NCBI GenBank assembly: GCA_963667015.2
Contig: CAXXJJ010000004.1
Span: 1,312,001 to 1,376,000, forward strand
From: Desulfatiglandales bacterium
GTDB taxonomy: Bacteria; Desulfobacterota; DSM-4660; Desulfatiglandales; HGW-15
Reading direction: 5' to 3'
Length of the DNA stretch: 64,000 nucleotides
This document shows, piece by piece, positions 1-9,596 of this stretch (the stretch's first letter is position 1; each line of letters opens with the position of its first letter). The notes under the pieces were generated by a model. That model was not told the DNA's origin, made no database searches, and saw only the letters and a program-made list of their open reading frames with translations. The position numbers were made by a program, and so were the translations under genes.

Positions 1-1
1 T

Positions 2-130
2 TATCCAATGCACATTGATCAGATTCAAAAGAAAGGCAATATCGGTTCAGGAGACCTTTCAGGGATATTAACAAAAATGGAGCTTAAGGGCATAATAAAA
101 CAGTTACCCGGCAAAATGTTTGTGAGATAA
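2..130 (+). CDS. dprA: DNA-processing protein DprA, C-terminal winged-helix end (partial, runs in from left edge)
   Basis: Manual translation YPMHIDQIQKKGNIGSGDLSGILTKMELKGIIKQLPGKMFVR* matches the DprA C-terminus (L..LEL.G.I..LPG); dprA-topA is a common gene order. Confidence 0.85.
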   Translation, partial: YPMHIDQIQKKGNIGSGDLSGILTKMELKGIIKQLPGKMFVR

Positions 131-184
131 ACAGCTCCTTTTTATGCCCCGGTAAATTTTTAATATAAATACAAAACAGAGAAT

Positions 185-2782
185 ATGGAAGAAACAACAC
201 AGAACAGTACCCAAAAAAACAGCAGAGGAAGGCAGTCGGGAAAACAACTTGTAATAGTAGAGTCTCCTGCCAAGGCACGAACAATAAATAAATACCTGGG
301 AAAAGAGTATCTTGTAATGGCCTCGGTAGGCCATGTGAGGGACCTGCCCGGCAAAAATCCAAAGGGTGTCAAAAATCCTGTACCGGGTGTGGATCTTGAA
401 AATAACTTTGAGCCTACCTATCAGGTTATCAAAGGTAAAGGGACAACTGTCAAGGAATTGAAGAAAGCAGCAAAGGCTGCCTCAGGTATCTGGCTCGCAA
501 CAGACCTCGACCGTGAAGGGGAAGCCATAGCGTGGCATCTTGCCGAGGCACTGGATATTGATCTAAGCGATGCCAAACGAGTCGTCTTTAATGCAATAAC
601 AAAAAAAGAGATTGAAAAGGCATTTAGCAACCCTCAGAGTATTGACATGGACAAGGTCAATGCCCAGCAGGCAAGACGAATACTTGACCGGATAGTAGGG
701 TATCAGGTTTCGCCCCTTCTCTGGAGAAAGGTTGCAGGCGGGCTTTCTGCAGGCAGAGTTCAGTCAGTAGCCGTAAGACTGCTTGTGGAAAGGGAAAGAG
801 AGATAGAGGCATTCATCCCCGATGAGTACTGGAAAATCACGGGATACTTCACAACAGATCTTTCAGATTGGGGGACTCTGGGTGAAAAGCTTAAAAAATG
901 GCTTGATAAATCTCCACCCAAGGTCAAGGGCAGATTAACAGGAAGAACAATAGATGAAAAGAACCAGTGGTTGTCTGACCGTGAGAGTTTTACAGCGGAA
1001 TTGATCGAGGTCAACGGGGAAAAATTCAAACCTGATAATTTCAGGGATGCCCTTAAAACAGCGGAAAAAGCAGGATTTATACTTGATATAAAGGAAGAAG
1101 AAGATAGTCCTGATAAAAACAGCAAAAACGGTAAGTTGATAATTCTTAAGGGGCACATTGAAAAAGGCCCCAAATGGAACATTAAATCCATACAGACCAA
1201 ACGCACTAAAAACAGGGCAAACGCGCCTTTTATCACAAGCACACTTCAGCAGGCAGCGGTTAATCAGCTCGGGTTTACCACCCAGACAACCATGCGGACT
1301 GCTCAGGCCCTTTATGAAGGAATTGAAATAGGCAGTCTGGGTTCGGTCGGTCTTATCACATATATGAGAACAGATTCTACCCATCTCTCTCCGGATGCTA
1401 TCGCCATGTCCAGAGAGTTTATACAGAATACATACGGTGAAAAATATCTGCCCTCAAAGCCGAACTATTTCACATCCTCCAACAAATCTGCACAGGAAGC
1501 CCATGAGGCCATAAGACCGACGGATGTGACGCTTACACCGGACAAGATAAAATCATCCCTGACAGATCAACAGTACAAGCTGTACAAAATAATCTGGGCC
1601 AGGTTTGTAGCATGCCAGATGAATGAGGCGGAATGGGATTACACAACAGTTCTTATATCAGGCTCAGATGCAAAAGATGAGCTGATATTCAAAACAACAG
1701 GAAGAGTGCTGATATTCGACGGCTATTACAGGGTTACAGGGGTACCTAATCATTCTGACGAAGCCACGCTGCCCTTACTTAAAGAGGACCAGGAGATTTC
1801 AGCCTTTCATATGGAGCCGGCTCAATACTTTACATCTCCTCCTCCCCGATATACAGAGGCATCAATTGTTAAAAAAATGGAAGCCGAAGGTATTGGACGT
1901 CCGAGCACATATTCGCAGATAATCCAGGTTATCCAGAACAGGAAATATTCAGAAAAGATCAAGAACCGTTTCTATGCAACAGACCTTGGAAAGGTAGTAA
2001 CCGATAAGCTGATCGAGGCATTCCCTGATATCCTGGAGGTAGGTTATACAAGGGATATGGAACAGAAGCTGGATGATATAGCTGAAAAGCATGCCGACTG
2101 GGTACAGATGCTCAAGGATTTCTATGGTCCATTCAAAAAAGATCTTGATACTGCCTATAATGACATGAATCACGCAAAGGCCGAAACGGAACCGGCACCG
2201 CATACATGTCCCCAGTGCGGGAGCGGGACTGTCTACCGCTTTGGACGAAACGGCAGGTTTTTAAGCTGTGCAAGCTACCCGGAATGTAAATATGCAGCAC
2301 CTATTGACCGCAACGGGAATCCGGCAGTACCGGAACAGACTGATATCGCCTGCCCCAAGTGCGGAGACCCAATGCTCATGAAGAAAGGCCGTTACGGGCC
2401 GTTCCTGAGCTGCCCCAAATACCCTGAATGCGACGGAATACTCAACCTGGATAAAAAGGGGCATATAAGTCCTCCAAAGGTACCGCCGCTGTTAACTGAC
2501 CTCAAGTGTCCTAAATGTGAAGCTGACATGAATATCAGGAGAGGTGCACGCGGTCCCTGGCTCAGCTGCTCAAGATTCCCAAAATGCAGGGGAAGGCTTG
2601 GATGGGCTCCACTGGATGACAAGACAAAAAAATACTGGGAAAAAGCACTGGATGAACATGAGATGAAAAATCCTCAGCCTGTTATTAAAAATCTCTCTGG
2701 TGACCCAATAGGAGAGAACTACACACCCAGGATGGAAAGCATCACGCAGGATGAAGCCAATTCAGGCCAGGATTCAAAGTAG
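185..2782 (+). CDS. topA: DNA topoisomerase I (type IA) with C-terminal C4 zinc ribbons
   Basis: TOPRIM LVIVESPAK, ATDLDREGEAI, SAGRVQS, ITYMRTDS active-site motif, QEAHEAIRPT, three CPxC...FLSC..YP.C-type zinc ribbons. Confidence 0.98.
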   Translation: MEETTQNSTQKNSRGRQSGKQLVIVESPAKARTINKYLGKEYLVMASVGHVRDLPGKNPKGVKNPVPGVDLENNFEPTYQVIKGKGTTVKELKKAAKAASGIWLATDLDREGEAIAWHLAEALDIDLSDAKRVVFNAITKKEIEKAFSNPQSIDMDKVNAQQARRILDRIVGYQVSPLLWRKVAGGLSAGRVQSVAVRLLVEREREIEAFIPDEYWKITGYFTTDLSDWGTLGEKLKKWLDKSPPKVKGRLTGRTIDEKNQWLSDRESFTAELIEVNGEKFKPDNFRDALKTAEKAGFILDIKEEEDSPDKNSKNGKLIILKGHIEKGPKWNIKSIQTKRTKNRANAPFITSTLQQAAVNQLGFTTQTTMRTAQALYEGIEIGSLGSVGLITYMRTDSTHLSPDAIAMSREFIQNTYGEKYLPSKPNYFTSSNKSAQEAHEAIRPTDVTLTPDKIKSSLTDQQYKLYKIIWARFVACQMNEAEWDYTTVLISGSDAKDELIFKTTGRVLIFDGYYRVTGVPNHSDEATLPLLKEDQEISAFHMEPAQYFTSPPPRYTEASIVKKMEAEGIGRPSTYSQIIQVIQNRKYSEKIKNRFYATDLGKVVTDKLIEAFPDILEVGYTRDMEQKLDDIAEKHADWVQMLKDFYGPFKKDLDTAYNDMNHAKAETEPAPHTCPQCGSGTVYRFGRNGRFLSCASYPECKYAAPIDRNGNPAVPEQTDIACPKCGDPMLMKKGRYGPFLSCPKYPECDGILNLDKKGHISPPKVPPLLTDLKCPKCEADMNIRRGARGPWLSCSRFPKCRGRLGWAPLDDKTKKYWEKALDEHEMKNPQPVIKNLSGDPIGENYTPRMESITQDEANSGQDSK

Positions 2783-2791
2783 AAGATTCAG

Positions 2792-3427
2792 GTGGATATT
2801 GAGTACATAAAGAAAACAGCAAAGGAGATTACCTCCAGATCAAGCGGGAGTCATGACTGGTATCATACAAAACGGGTTTATGACCTTTGCATGAAGATTG
2901 GAAAGGCAGAGGGCGCAGACCTCGAGGTCCTTGGAATAGCCGCCTACCTCCATGATATCGGACGTCCCTTCCAGGATATGGCAAAAGGAAAGGTCTGCCA
3001 CGCGGAAAAAGGGGCAGAGCTAGCGAGTGAAATTCTTTCAAAAACAAACCTCTCTTCGGAACGAAAAAATAATATCATTCATTCCATAAGGACACACCGG
3101 TTCAGGGGAAATGGCAGGCCTGAAACACTGGAAGCCCGGGTATTGTTTGACGCCGACAAACTTGATTCAATCGGTGCGGTTGGAATCGGCAGAGCCTTCC
3201 TCTTTGCAGGAGAGGTAGGGGCAACCCTTCACAACCCTGACCTGGCCCCGGAAGATTGTGAATCCTATACGATAAATGATACATGCTACAGGGAATACAG
3301 AATCAAACTTATAAAGGTAAAGGACCGGATTCTTACAAAGGAAGGATACAGGATAGCACTTGAAAGACATAGATTCATGGAGCTTTTCTTTGAAAGGTTC
3401 TTAATGGAGCACAGTGGTTCTATCTAG
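2792..3427 (+). CDS. HD-domain phosphohydrolase
   Basis: GSHDWYH..RV, AYLHDIGR, DADKLDSIGAVG motifs; GTG start 10 bp after topA. Confidence 0.9.
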   Translation: MDIEYIKKTAKEITSRSSGSHDWYHTKRVYDLCMKIGKAEGADLEVLGIAAYLHDIGRPFQDMAKGKVCHAEKGAELASEILSKTNLSSERKNNIIHSIRTHRFRGNGRPETLEARVLFDADKLDSIGAVGIGRAFLFAGEVGATLHNPDLAPEDCESYTINDTCYREYRIKLIKVKDRILTKEGYRIALERHRFMELFFERFLMEHSGSI

Positions 3428-3524
3428 CACTTTTTGTCTTCTTTACTCATTTTTAACCGAAAATCACTTCGTCAGCCTTATAAAATATTGCAACAATTTC
3501 AAACTTTTACACAACCTATTTATT

Positions 3525-3586
3525 TTGTGAAAAATGGAACAATTTCATCTTGACATGGTTTTCGCCAACTGTTAGAAAATTCACGG
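3525..3586 (+). promoter_or_regulatory. sat promoter region with candidate Rex-type operators
   Basis: TTGACA at 3550-3555; 18-bp sites TTGTGAAAAATGGAACAA (3525-3542) and CTGTTAGAAAATTCACGG (3569-3586) resemble the Rex box TTGTGAA-N4-TTCACAA. Confidence 0.5.
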
Positions 3587-3709
3587 TTAAATTTAAATTA
3601 GTTATAATGACCGGTCCAGTAGCTGTAGATATTATCCGGTCGATGTTATGATTTTTTGGTGTAAAATATAAAGAAGTAAAACCTAAATAATAACCAGGAG
3701 GAAGAAATC

Positions 3710-4900
3710 ATGATTAAACCACATGGATCGGATACACTTATTCCGCTATATGTAATGGACGAAAACGAACGCGCCTCTCTTCTTAAAGAGGCAGAAGGTC
3801 TCCCTTCAATCCTTATCTCTTCAGCAGCAGCCGGTAACGCAGTTATGCTTGGTGGTGGATATTTCACACCCCTCACAGGCTACATGAATGTTGCAGATGC
3901 CATGAGCGTTGCAGAAAAAATGCAGACAACCAGCGGCCTTTTCTGGCCCACCCCAGTTATCAATGTTGTTGAAGATGCTTCTGCAATCAAAGACGCTAAG
4001 AAGATTGCCCTGAAAGATCCCAATGTTGAAGGTAATCCTATTATAGCAATACAGGAAGTAGAAGCCATCGAAGAGATCAGCGCTGATCAGATGAAGTTCA
4101 TGACAGAACAGATCTACCGCACCGACGATATGGAGCACCCCGGGGTAAAGGCGTTCAACAGTGTTGGTAACATAGCGATATCAGGTCCCATCAAGGTTCT
4201 CAACTACTCTTACTTTGAGAAAGATTTTGTCGGCACATACAAGACCGCCTATGAAATCAGGGATGAAATGGCAAAAATGGGATGGGAAAAGGTAGTTGCT
4301 TTTCAGACAAGAAACCCCATGCATCTTGCCCACGAAGAACTCTGCAGAATGGCCTACAAGGCAGAAAATGCAGACGGTATCCTTATCCACATGCTCCTTG
4401 GAAAACTGAAACCCGGCGATATTCCAGCTGACGTTCGTGATGCAGCTATCAGGAAGATGGTTGAGGTATATTTTGAGCCCAATACCGTTCTGGTTACAGG
4501 CTATGGTTTTGATATGCTCTATGCCGGCCCGAGAGAAGCTGTTCTCCATGCCGTATTTCGTCAGAACTGCGGTTGTACAACCCTTATCGTCGGACGTGAC
4601 CACGCCGGTGTAGGTGATTATTACGGTCCATTTGATGCTCAGACCATTTTCGATGATATACCGGAAGGCGCACTGGAAATCGGTATTTTCAAGGCTGATC
4701 ATACTGCATGGTCAAAGAAACTTGATAAGGTTGTTATGATGAAGGACGTTCCTGATCATACACCTGATGATTTTATACTTCTTTCAGGTACGAAGGTAAG
4801 GACAATGCTCTCAAACGGAGAAGCTCCTCCAAAGGAATTCTCACGTCCTGAAGTAGCAAAGATACTCATGGATTACTATCAGTCTCTGCCAAAGGACTAA
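3710..4900 (+). CDS. sat: Sulfate adenylyltransferase (ATP sulfurylase)
   Basis: VAFQTRNPMHLAHE, YAGPREAVLHA, GRDHAGVGDYYG, LSGTKVR, PPKEFSRPEVA motifs. Confidence 0.98.
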   Translation: MIKPHGSDTLIPLYVMDENERASLLKEAEGLPSILISSAAAGNAVMLGGGYFTPLTGYMNVADAMSVAEKMQTTSGLFWPTPVINVVEDASAIKDAKKIALKDPNVEGNPIIAIQEVEAIEEISADQMKFMTEQIYRTDDMEHPGVKAFNSVGNIAISGPIKVLNYSYFEKDFVGTYKTAYEIRDEMAKMGWEKVVAFQTRNPMHLAHEELCRMAYKAENADGILIHMLLGKLKPGDIPADVRDAAIRKMVEVYFEPNTVLVTGYGFDMLYAGPREAVLHAVFRQNCGCTTLIVGRDHAGVGDYYGPFDAQTIFDDIPEGALEIGIFKADHTAWSKKLDKVVMMKDVPDHTPDDFILLSGTKVRTMLSNGEAPPKEFSRPEVAKILMDYYQSLPKD

Positions 4901-4925
4901 TATAGATCCATATCCATAATAAGTT

Positions 4926-4962
4926 AAAACGCCCGTCTCATATGAGATGGGCGTTTTGTTTT
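4926..4962 (+). terminator. Rho-independent terminator after sat
   Basis: AAAACGCCCGTCTCA-TA-TGAGATGGGCGTTTT hairpin followed by T-rich tail. Confidence 0.85.
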
Positions 4963-5045
4963 GCATAACCTGTTGTTCCTGCTTGACCGTTTTTATCCCC
5001 TGATATATTTAAAAGACCTTTTTAACATTCAATTAAAGGCAGCAT

Positions 5046-5804
5046 ATGAATACAAGCACACACCTTGCTCATTATTATCGATATCACTGGGAAGAGCCCG
5101 ATCTTATTGTCGTGACAGGCGAAGCAGGCGAGATATGGAAGGGTTATGACTCCTATTGTAAACGTTACGGAATACCCAAATCCGATCAGGAAAGCATTAT
5201 AATGCTTGGACGCCTGTTCGCCGCAGCAGGTCTCGCAGCGGTCTCACTTCCGGAGCCCGAATACTGGGGCTGGTCGGTAACTTTTCCTGAATCTTCAACA
5301 GGACTTTTCTGCGGAGTCGAACCAAACGGCATGATGTGTGGTACAGTACTCAAGAGTGATCTGTCAAAAAATCTCGTAGCAGTACAGAGGCAGGCAAAAA
5401 ATTCACCTGTGACACAAAGCCGCTTTTCACTTATTACACATGATCCGGTTGAGGCAATTGAACGGTATTTTGAGGAGTCCGACCAGACCCTTATACGCAT
5501 CGCCGTTGACAGTAAGGGAAGAGGAGTCCTGCTGCGTCCCCTGCCCGGTGGAAACTTCGAAAAAATAGACGGCCTTGCCGATAATGAGATTATAGCACAT
5601 TGTTTTGGTATGGCTTCAGGGGGTGAATTTAAAATACTGGAGGAGGTTCTTCTGTTTTATGAATGCCCCTGCGACCTTCAGCAGATAGCCAGGATGATCG
5701 ACTCCCTGCCTGATGACCAGCAGAAGGAACTCTGGGGAGATCTCGACAATCTTGAGGTGTCCTGTCCCCGCTGCGGAAGAAAGTATAGGGTTAATCGTGA
5801 ATAG
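5046..5804 (+). CDS. hslO: Hsp33-family redox-regulated chaperone
   Basis: C-terminal ECPC...LEVSCPRCGRKY zinc motif; YF..SDQ motif; divergent N-terminus. Confidence 0.75.
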   Translation: MNTSTHLAHYYRYHWEEPDLIVVTGEAGEIWKGYDSYCKRYGIPKSDQESIIMLGRLFAAAGLAAVSLPEPEYWGWSVTFPESSTGLFCGVEPNGMMCGTVLKSDLSKNLVAVQRQAKNSPVTQSRFSLITHDPVEAIERYFEESDQTLIRIAVDSKGRGVLLRPLPGGNFEKIDGLADNEIIAHCFGMASGGEFKILEEVLLFYECPCDLQQIARMIDSLPDDQQKELWGDLDNLEVSCPRCGRKYRVNRE

Positions 5805-6037
5805 GAATTAGAAAAAAAGAAATCCACATTATTTTAAATAATTATGGTAAATCTTTTAACTTACTGAATTATAAAAGGTAATCTTATTCCGGGATTGATT
5901 TTTCACTTCCCGGAATGCCGTTATTCTCTCCAAAGCAACACCTTTATCTTATTTGTAGCTGCTTGGATCAGAAGATGCATGTGCATCCGAGAAGCAATTT
6001 TTCCTCGTGACTGTTAAATCTGCCCATTAAATACTGA

Positions 6038-6232
6038 TCAATGCTGGTTCATAACGGTTTCAGCTTTTGTCTCAAGCAGCATATCCTTTATGCGAATGAG
6101 AACAAGTCTTTGTTTATCCTGGGATAAACCAATTGTTTTCTCAAAGGCAGAGACCACCGCCTCAACCCCCATATTAAATGCCTTATCAATGTCATCCTTT
6201 AAATAGATATGTTCAGGTATATCTTTATTCAT
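6038..6232 (-). CDS. Small hypothetical protein (64 aa)
   Basis: Good RBS (AAGGAG) upstream of ATG; preceded by a sigma54-like promoter. Confidence 0.65.
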   Translation of the reverse strand: MNKDIPEHIYLKDDIDKAFNMGVEAVVSAFEKTIGLSQDKQRLVLIRIKDMLLETKAETVMNQH

Positions 6233-6268
6233 GACTATTTCTCCTTAAAGGTGGGATATGTGCAGATG

Positions 6269-6286
6269 CTACAAACTTCATGCCAA
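6269..6286 (-). promoter_or_regulatory. Sigma54 -24/-12 promoter candidate
   Basis: Minus strand TTGGCATGAAGTTTGTAG versus consensus TGGCAC-N5-TTGC. Confidence 0.55.
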
Positions 6287-6411
6287 AGCGTTCATTGGCA
6301 ATGCAATAAATCATGGCACGTGAAGAGGCAGGACTGATAGGCATTTCAAGTGTGTGCTTCCAATAGGTTTACTCCTGACTTCTATTCGCCGTAGTAAAAA
6401 ATAATGATTTT

Positions 6412-6451
6412 TGCACCCTTTAGTGTGCGTAACTGCACTGTTTTATGTGCA
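6412..6451. promoter_or_regulatory. Tandem palindromic enhancer-like sites (TGCAC-N8-GTGCR x2)
   Basis: TGCACCCTTTAGTGTGCG (6412-6429) and TGCACTGTTTTATGTGCA (6434-6451), 22 bp apart, ~130-165 bp upstream of the sigma54-like site. Confidence 0.55.
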
Positions 6452-6807
6452 GAATCCGGTTTTTAATACACTATTAATATTTCAGATATTTTATCTGAGA
6501 AAGCACCCATGGGCTGAGGGAAGCCTTAGGATCTCCAAGTTTTTTCACCAGGGATTCCAGGGATGAAATAGAGTAATGTTCACCCTGTTTTAATTACCAT
6601 TCCTCTGCCCATCAACTGCAAAATATGTGCTTTTTTTACCTGTATTCATCAAATATTTCTTGTTTTTTGATTAATTACGCCCAGGATTAAAAATAAAATA
6701 AATAACTTGATTAATTTCAAGAGTTAATTAATAATCCCGCCATGTCCCAGTTTGACTGTTATTTAGTCAACTACAGTATTTTAGGTTTTACAGAAAGGAA
6801 TTAAAGA

Positions 6808-7212
6808 ATGAAATTAACGATAAAAATGCTAACTATTATTACACTTCTTGTTACCGTGATATCATGTGTCACTACTACACCAGTTGTCCTCCCCGAGAAA
6901 TACAACCTTGATAATGATCTTAAGGCAGTTAGCCGAGTATCAACAGTAAGGGTATCAAATTGGGATCAGGTGGACGATCAGTCTGTTATGTTCACTGCCA
7001 ATGGAGGCAAATGTTATTTACTTATCTTAGACAGAGCACTGGAAGCAATGGATTCTAAAATAGGTCTTATGGGAAACAGCTCCAGTATCCAGGCCGGAAC
7101 TGATAAAATTTACATAGGTTCTTCTTCCAACAAGCGATTTTATACAATAGAAAAAATATATGAGTTTGATGGATATGACCAGGCAAAAAAAATCAAAGAA
7201 CGGCTTAAATAG
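6808..7212 (+). CDS. Putative lipoprotein (possibly DUF6491-like)
   Basis: Signal peptide with lipobox VISC; W..VDDQS motif; RBS AAAGGA. Confidence 0.65.
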   Translation: MKLTIKMLTIITLLVTVISCVTTTPVVLPEKYNLDNDLKAVSRVSTVRVSNWDQVDDQSVMFTANGGKCYLLILDRALEAMDSKIGLMGNSSSIQAGTDKIYIGSSSNKRFYTIEKIYEFDGYDQAKKIKERLK

Positions 7213-7250
7213 CAATATAAATGAAAAATTAAGGGACATAAATTAGACTG

Positions 7251-7289
7251 GCTATATGGCTCTTTGTTATTTTAAAAGAGCCATATAGC
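7251..7289. terminator. Hairpin between convergent genes (likely bidirectional terminator)
   Basis: GCTATATGGCTCTTT ... AAAGAGCCATATAGC perfect stem. Confidence 0.7.
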
Positions 7290-7350
7290 TTCCCAAAAAA
7301 CACAATTTAAATTATCTATTGCCAAACTCCCCGGTTGATAGAATTTCTTC

Positions 7351-7620
7351 TTAATTCACAGCATCTTTCAATGCCTTTCCGGCAGAAAACTTTGGAACAT
7401 TCTTTGCCTTGATCTTGATCTCTTCACCTGTCTGCGGGTTCCGGCCTTTTCTGGCCTTCATTTTGGTCACCTTAAAGGTACCAAAGCCAACCAGTGTAAC
7501 AGTTCCCTTCTTTTTTAACGTTTTTGTGATAGTATCAAAAATACAATCTACCACTGCCTGTGCCTCTTTTTTTGTACTTACAGTCTTTGCCACCTCATTG
7601 ATCAGATCACCCTTATTCAT
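7351..7620 (-). CDS. hup: HU family DNA-binding protein
   Basis: MNKGDLINEVA...GFGTF...ARKGRNPQTGEEIKI...PKFSAGKALKDAV; start moved to the ATG after GGAGG. Confidence 0.97.
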   Translation of the reverse strand: MNKGDLINEVAKTVSTKKEAQAVVDCIFDTITKTLKKKGTVTLVGFGTFKVTKMKARKGRNPQTGEEIKIKAKNVPKFSAGKALKDAVN

Positions 7621-8074
7621 ATTATACCCTCCATAAAAGTTAATTAATAACACCGACAAAATTACTGTGATTTTTTAAAAGTATATCAGGCTTTTTCAAT
7701 CATACAGCTATTATTCTGCATGATTATTTTACTGCAAATAATATATTTTTAAAAAAGTTCTAAAATTCTAATTTAATATGCAAGAAAGAGTGTAACTCCT
7801 ACAATAATACGCAAGACATACAGGTAAGATTTGAGATACACAATAAATGATAAATAAAAAAAACACAAATAATATTTAACAGGCTGGTCCGGTTTTAATA
7901 CCGGTTAAAGTTCAGGGTCAGAGTTCTCATATAACGGCCTGATTTTACTATCCATGGCAGCTGGTTACAAATAATACCCTGTTCCCCCGGGCTGATTGGG
8001 GAACGTTATCTAAGAGCTGCCTTAAATTATTGCCCACCCGGAAATAAATATTTTCCGGATGGAGCATCACAAGG

Positions 8075-8833
8075 CTATTCAAGTCCGGGGAACTGTATAT
8101 ACATAGTGGCCCCGCGCCACAGAGGAATAGCTTCCTCATCTTCTGAATCGAAGGTCTGTTCACTGTTTGCCAGTGCCACAGATGCATAGTGCCCTTCAGT
8201 GCTTATGGTTGCACATTTAAGAACAATCTCCCTCCAGTTTTCGGGCGGTTCGGCATGAGCCTCCGGATAACGGGTTACCCTGACAACAACCCACTCCGGC
8301 TCCTTGCTGTCACCAATAAACCAGATAGAAGGATCTATCTCGGGATTACCCTGCCAGGACATGAGCTGATAGCCTTTATTTTCAAGGTACTCCCGGACAA
8401 CCTGAACGGCCATATCATGCAACTCCCATGGAGTCATTTCAATCTTCTCATCAGTGGCCAGAGATAATGGATCGACTGGATTTCCTGTTGATGCATCAAT
8501 TAAGCCCCATCCGACGGAGACAGGTATCCATTCATCACCGGTATCTTTCCTCCTCATGGGCATGATACACGCATGGCCATTATTCCCTTCAGCAACAGCG
8601 AACAGGCCCTCAATTGTCCCTGGACCTTCAACTATACCATCGACATCTTCAACACGTATAAAGAACAACTGGTTGCCGACCCTGAAAGATAGGTGCTCTG
8701 TATAAGGAGGATATGGATGGGCCCTGATCCAGGAAATTGTATCTTCCCTGCCCTGACTGTTCAAATATAAAGCCGCAGCCTCCCAGCAATTGAAAAATTC
8801 TTCGGACATCTTCTGCATTTCAACGTCGTACAT
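8075..8833 (-). CDS. Conserved hypothetical protein
   Basis: Long ORF with protein-like composition; likely start MYDVEM after GGAG RBS. Confidence 0.75.
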   Translation of the reverse strand: MYDVEMQKMSEEFFNCWEAAALYLNSQGREDTISWIRAHPYPPYTEHLSFRVGNQLFFIRVEDVDGIVEGPGTIEGLFAVAEGNNGHACIMPMRRKDTGDEWIPVSVGWGLIDASTGNPVDPLSLATDEKIEMTPWELHDMAVQVVREYLENKGYQLMSWQGNPEIDPSIWFIGDSKEPEWVVVRVTRYPEAHAEPPENWREIVLKCATISTEGHYASVALANSEQTFDSEDEEAIPLWRGATMYIQFPGLE

Positions 8834-9087
8834 TTTTTCTCCTAACTTTGGAAAACAATTAATAATGTTTGGATTAATTAAAAACCCCTCAGCCTTCAAT
8901 GGGGCAGTTCTGTTATAGACTCTCTGGATTTTGCCTGTCCAGAAGTTAGAATATAGAGTTTTGGACGGGTGTGTCAAGGATGTTGCGAAGGTATAATAAG
9001 AACATTATGCACGGGAGGAAAAAAGGTTAGAATCCGGAAAAATCTTTTTCAGTTTAATCTTTATTATTTTGATATTCATCAGCAGAT

Positions 9088-9297
9088 TTAAATTGATGAT
9101 TTAATCACCGTTTCCAGCAATGTGTTATATTCTTCATCTGTGTGATCTTTCATTATACGGCCGATAATTCTTTTGGATATCGTCTCTGTCCTGGTGCGCC
9201 CATATCTGTTCCTTGAGCTGTAGAAATATATGACATTATCGCCGTACTCAACGTGATCTATTTTGTCTGTCCCCTTCTGGATTGATTTCATTATCAT
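9088..9297 (-). CDS. Small hypothetical protein
   Basis: 69-aa ORF with GGGGAG RBS. Confidence 0.55.
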   Translation of the reverse strand: MIMKSIQKGTDKIDHVEYGDNVIYFYSSRNRYGRTRTETISKRIIGRIMKDHTDEEYNTLLETVIKSSI

Positions 9298-9535
9298 TTT
9301 TTATCTCCCCATGGTGTTTAGACCATTCAGCCTGCTCCGTTTGCTGTTTAAGGCGAATATTTACCCCGAGTTTTCACCTCTAAATCACATATCGGCAATC
9401 TACCCTATTTTATTAATTTTTTATGGTGAAGAGCAGGGCCTGATAGCCGGCCTCCTGCAGCGGGACAGTTCATTCCTGAAAGGTTGCGGGAGATGAGAAA
9501 AGTATATCCTGGATTTAGACAGTATTCATAAAGAC

Positions 9536-9574
9536 AGGATACCCGGACTTCCTGCTTCTAAGTCCGGGTATCCT
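9536..9574 (-). terminator. Hairpin downstream of the large lipoprotein gene
   Basis: AGGATACCCGGACTT ... AAGTCCGGGTATCCT perfect stem. Confidence 0.7.
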
Positions 9575-9596
9575 AATGTTCACGCTCCCGTTGCGA

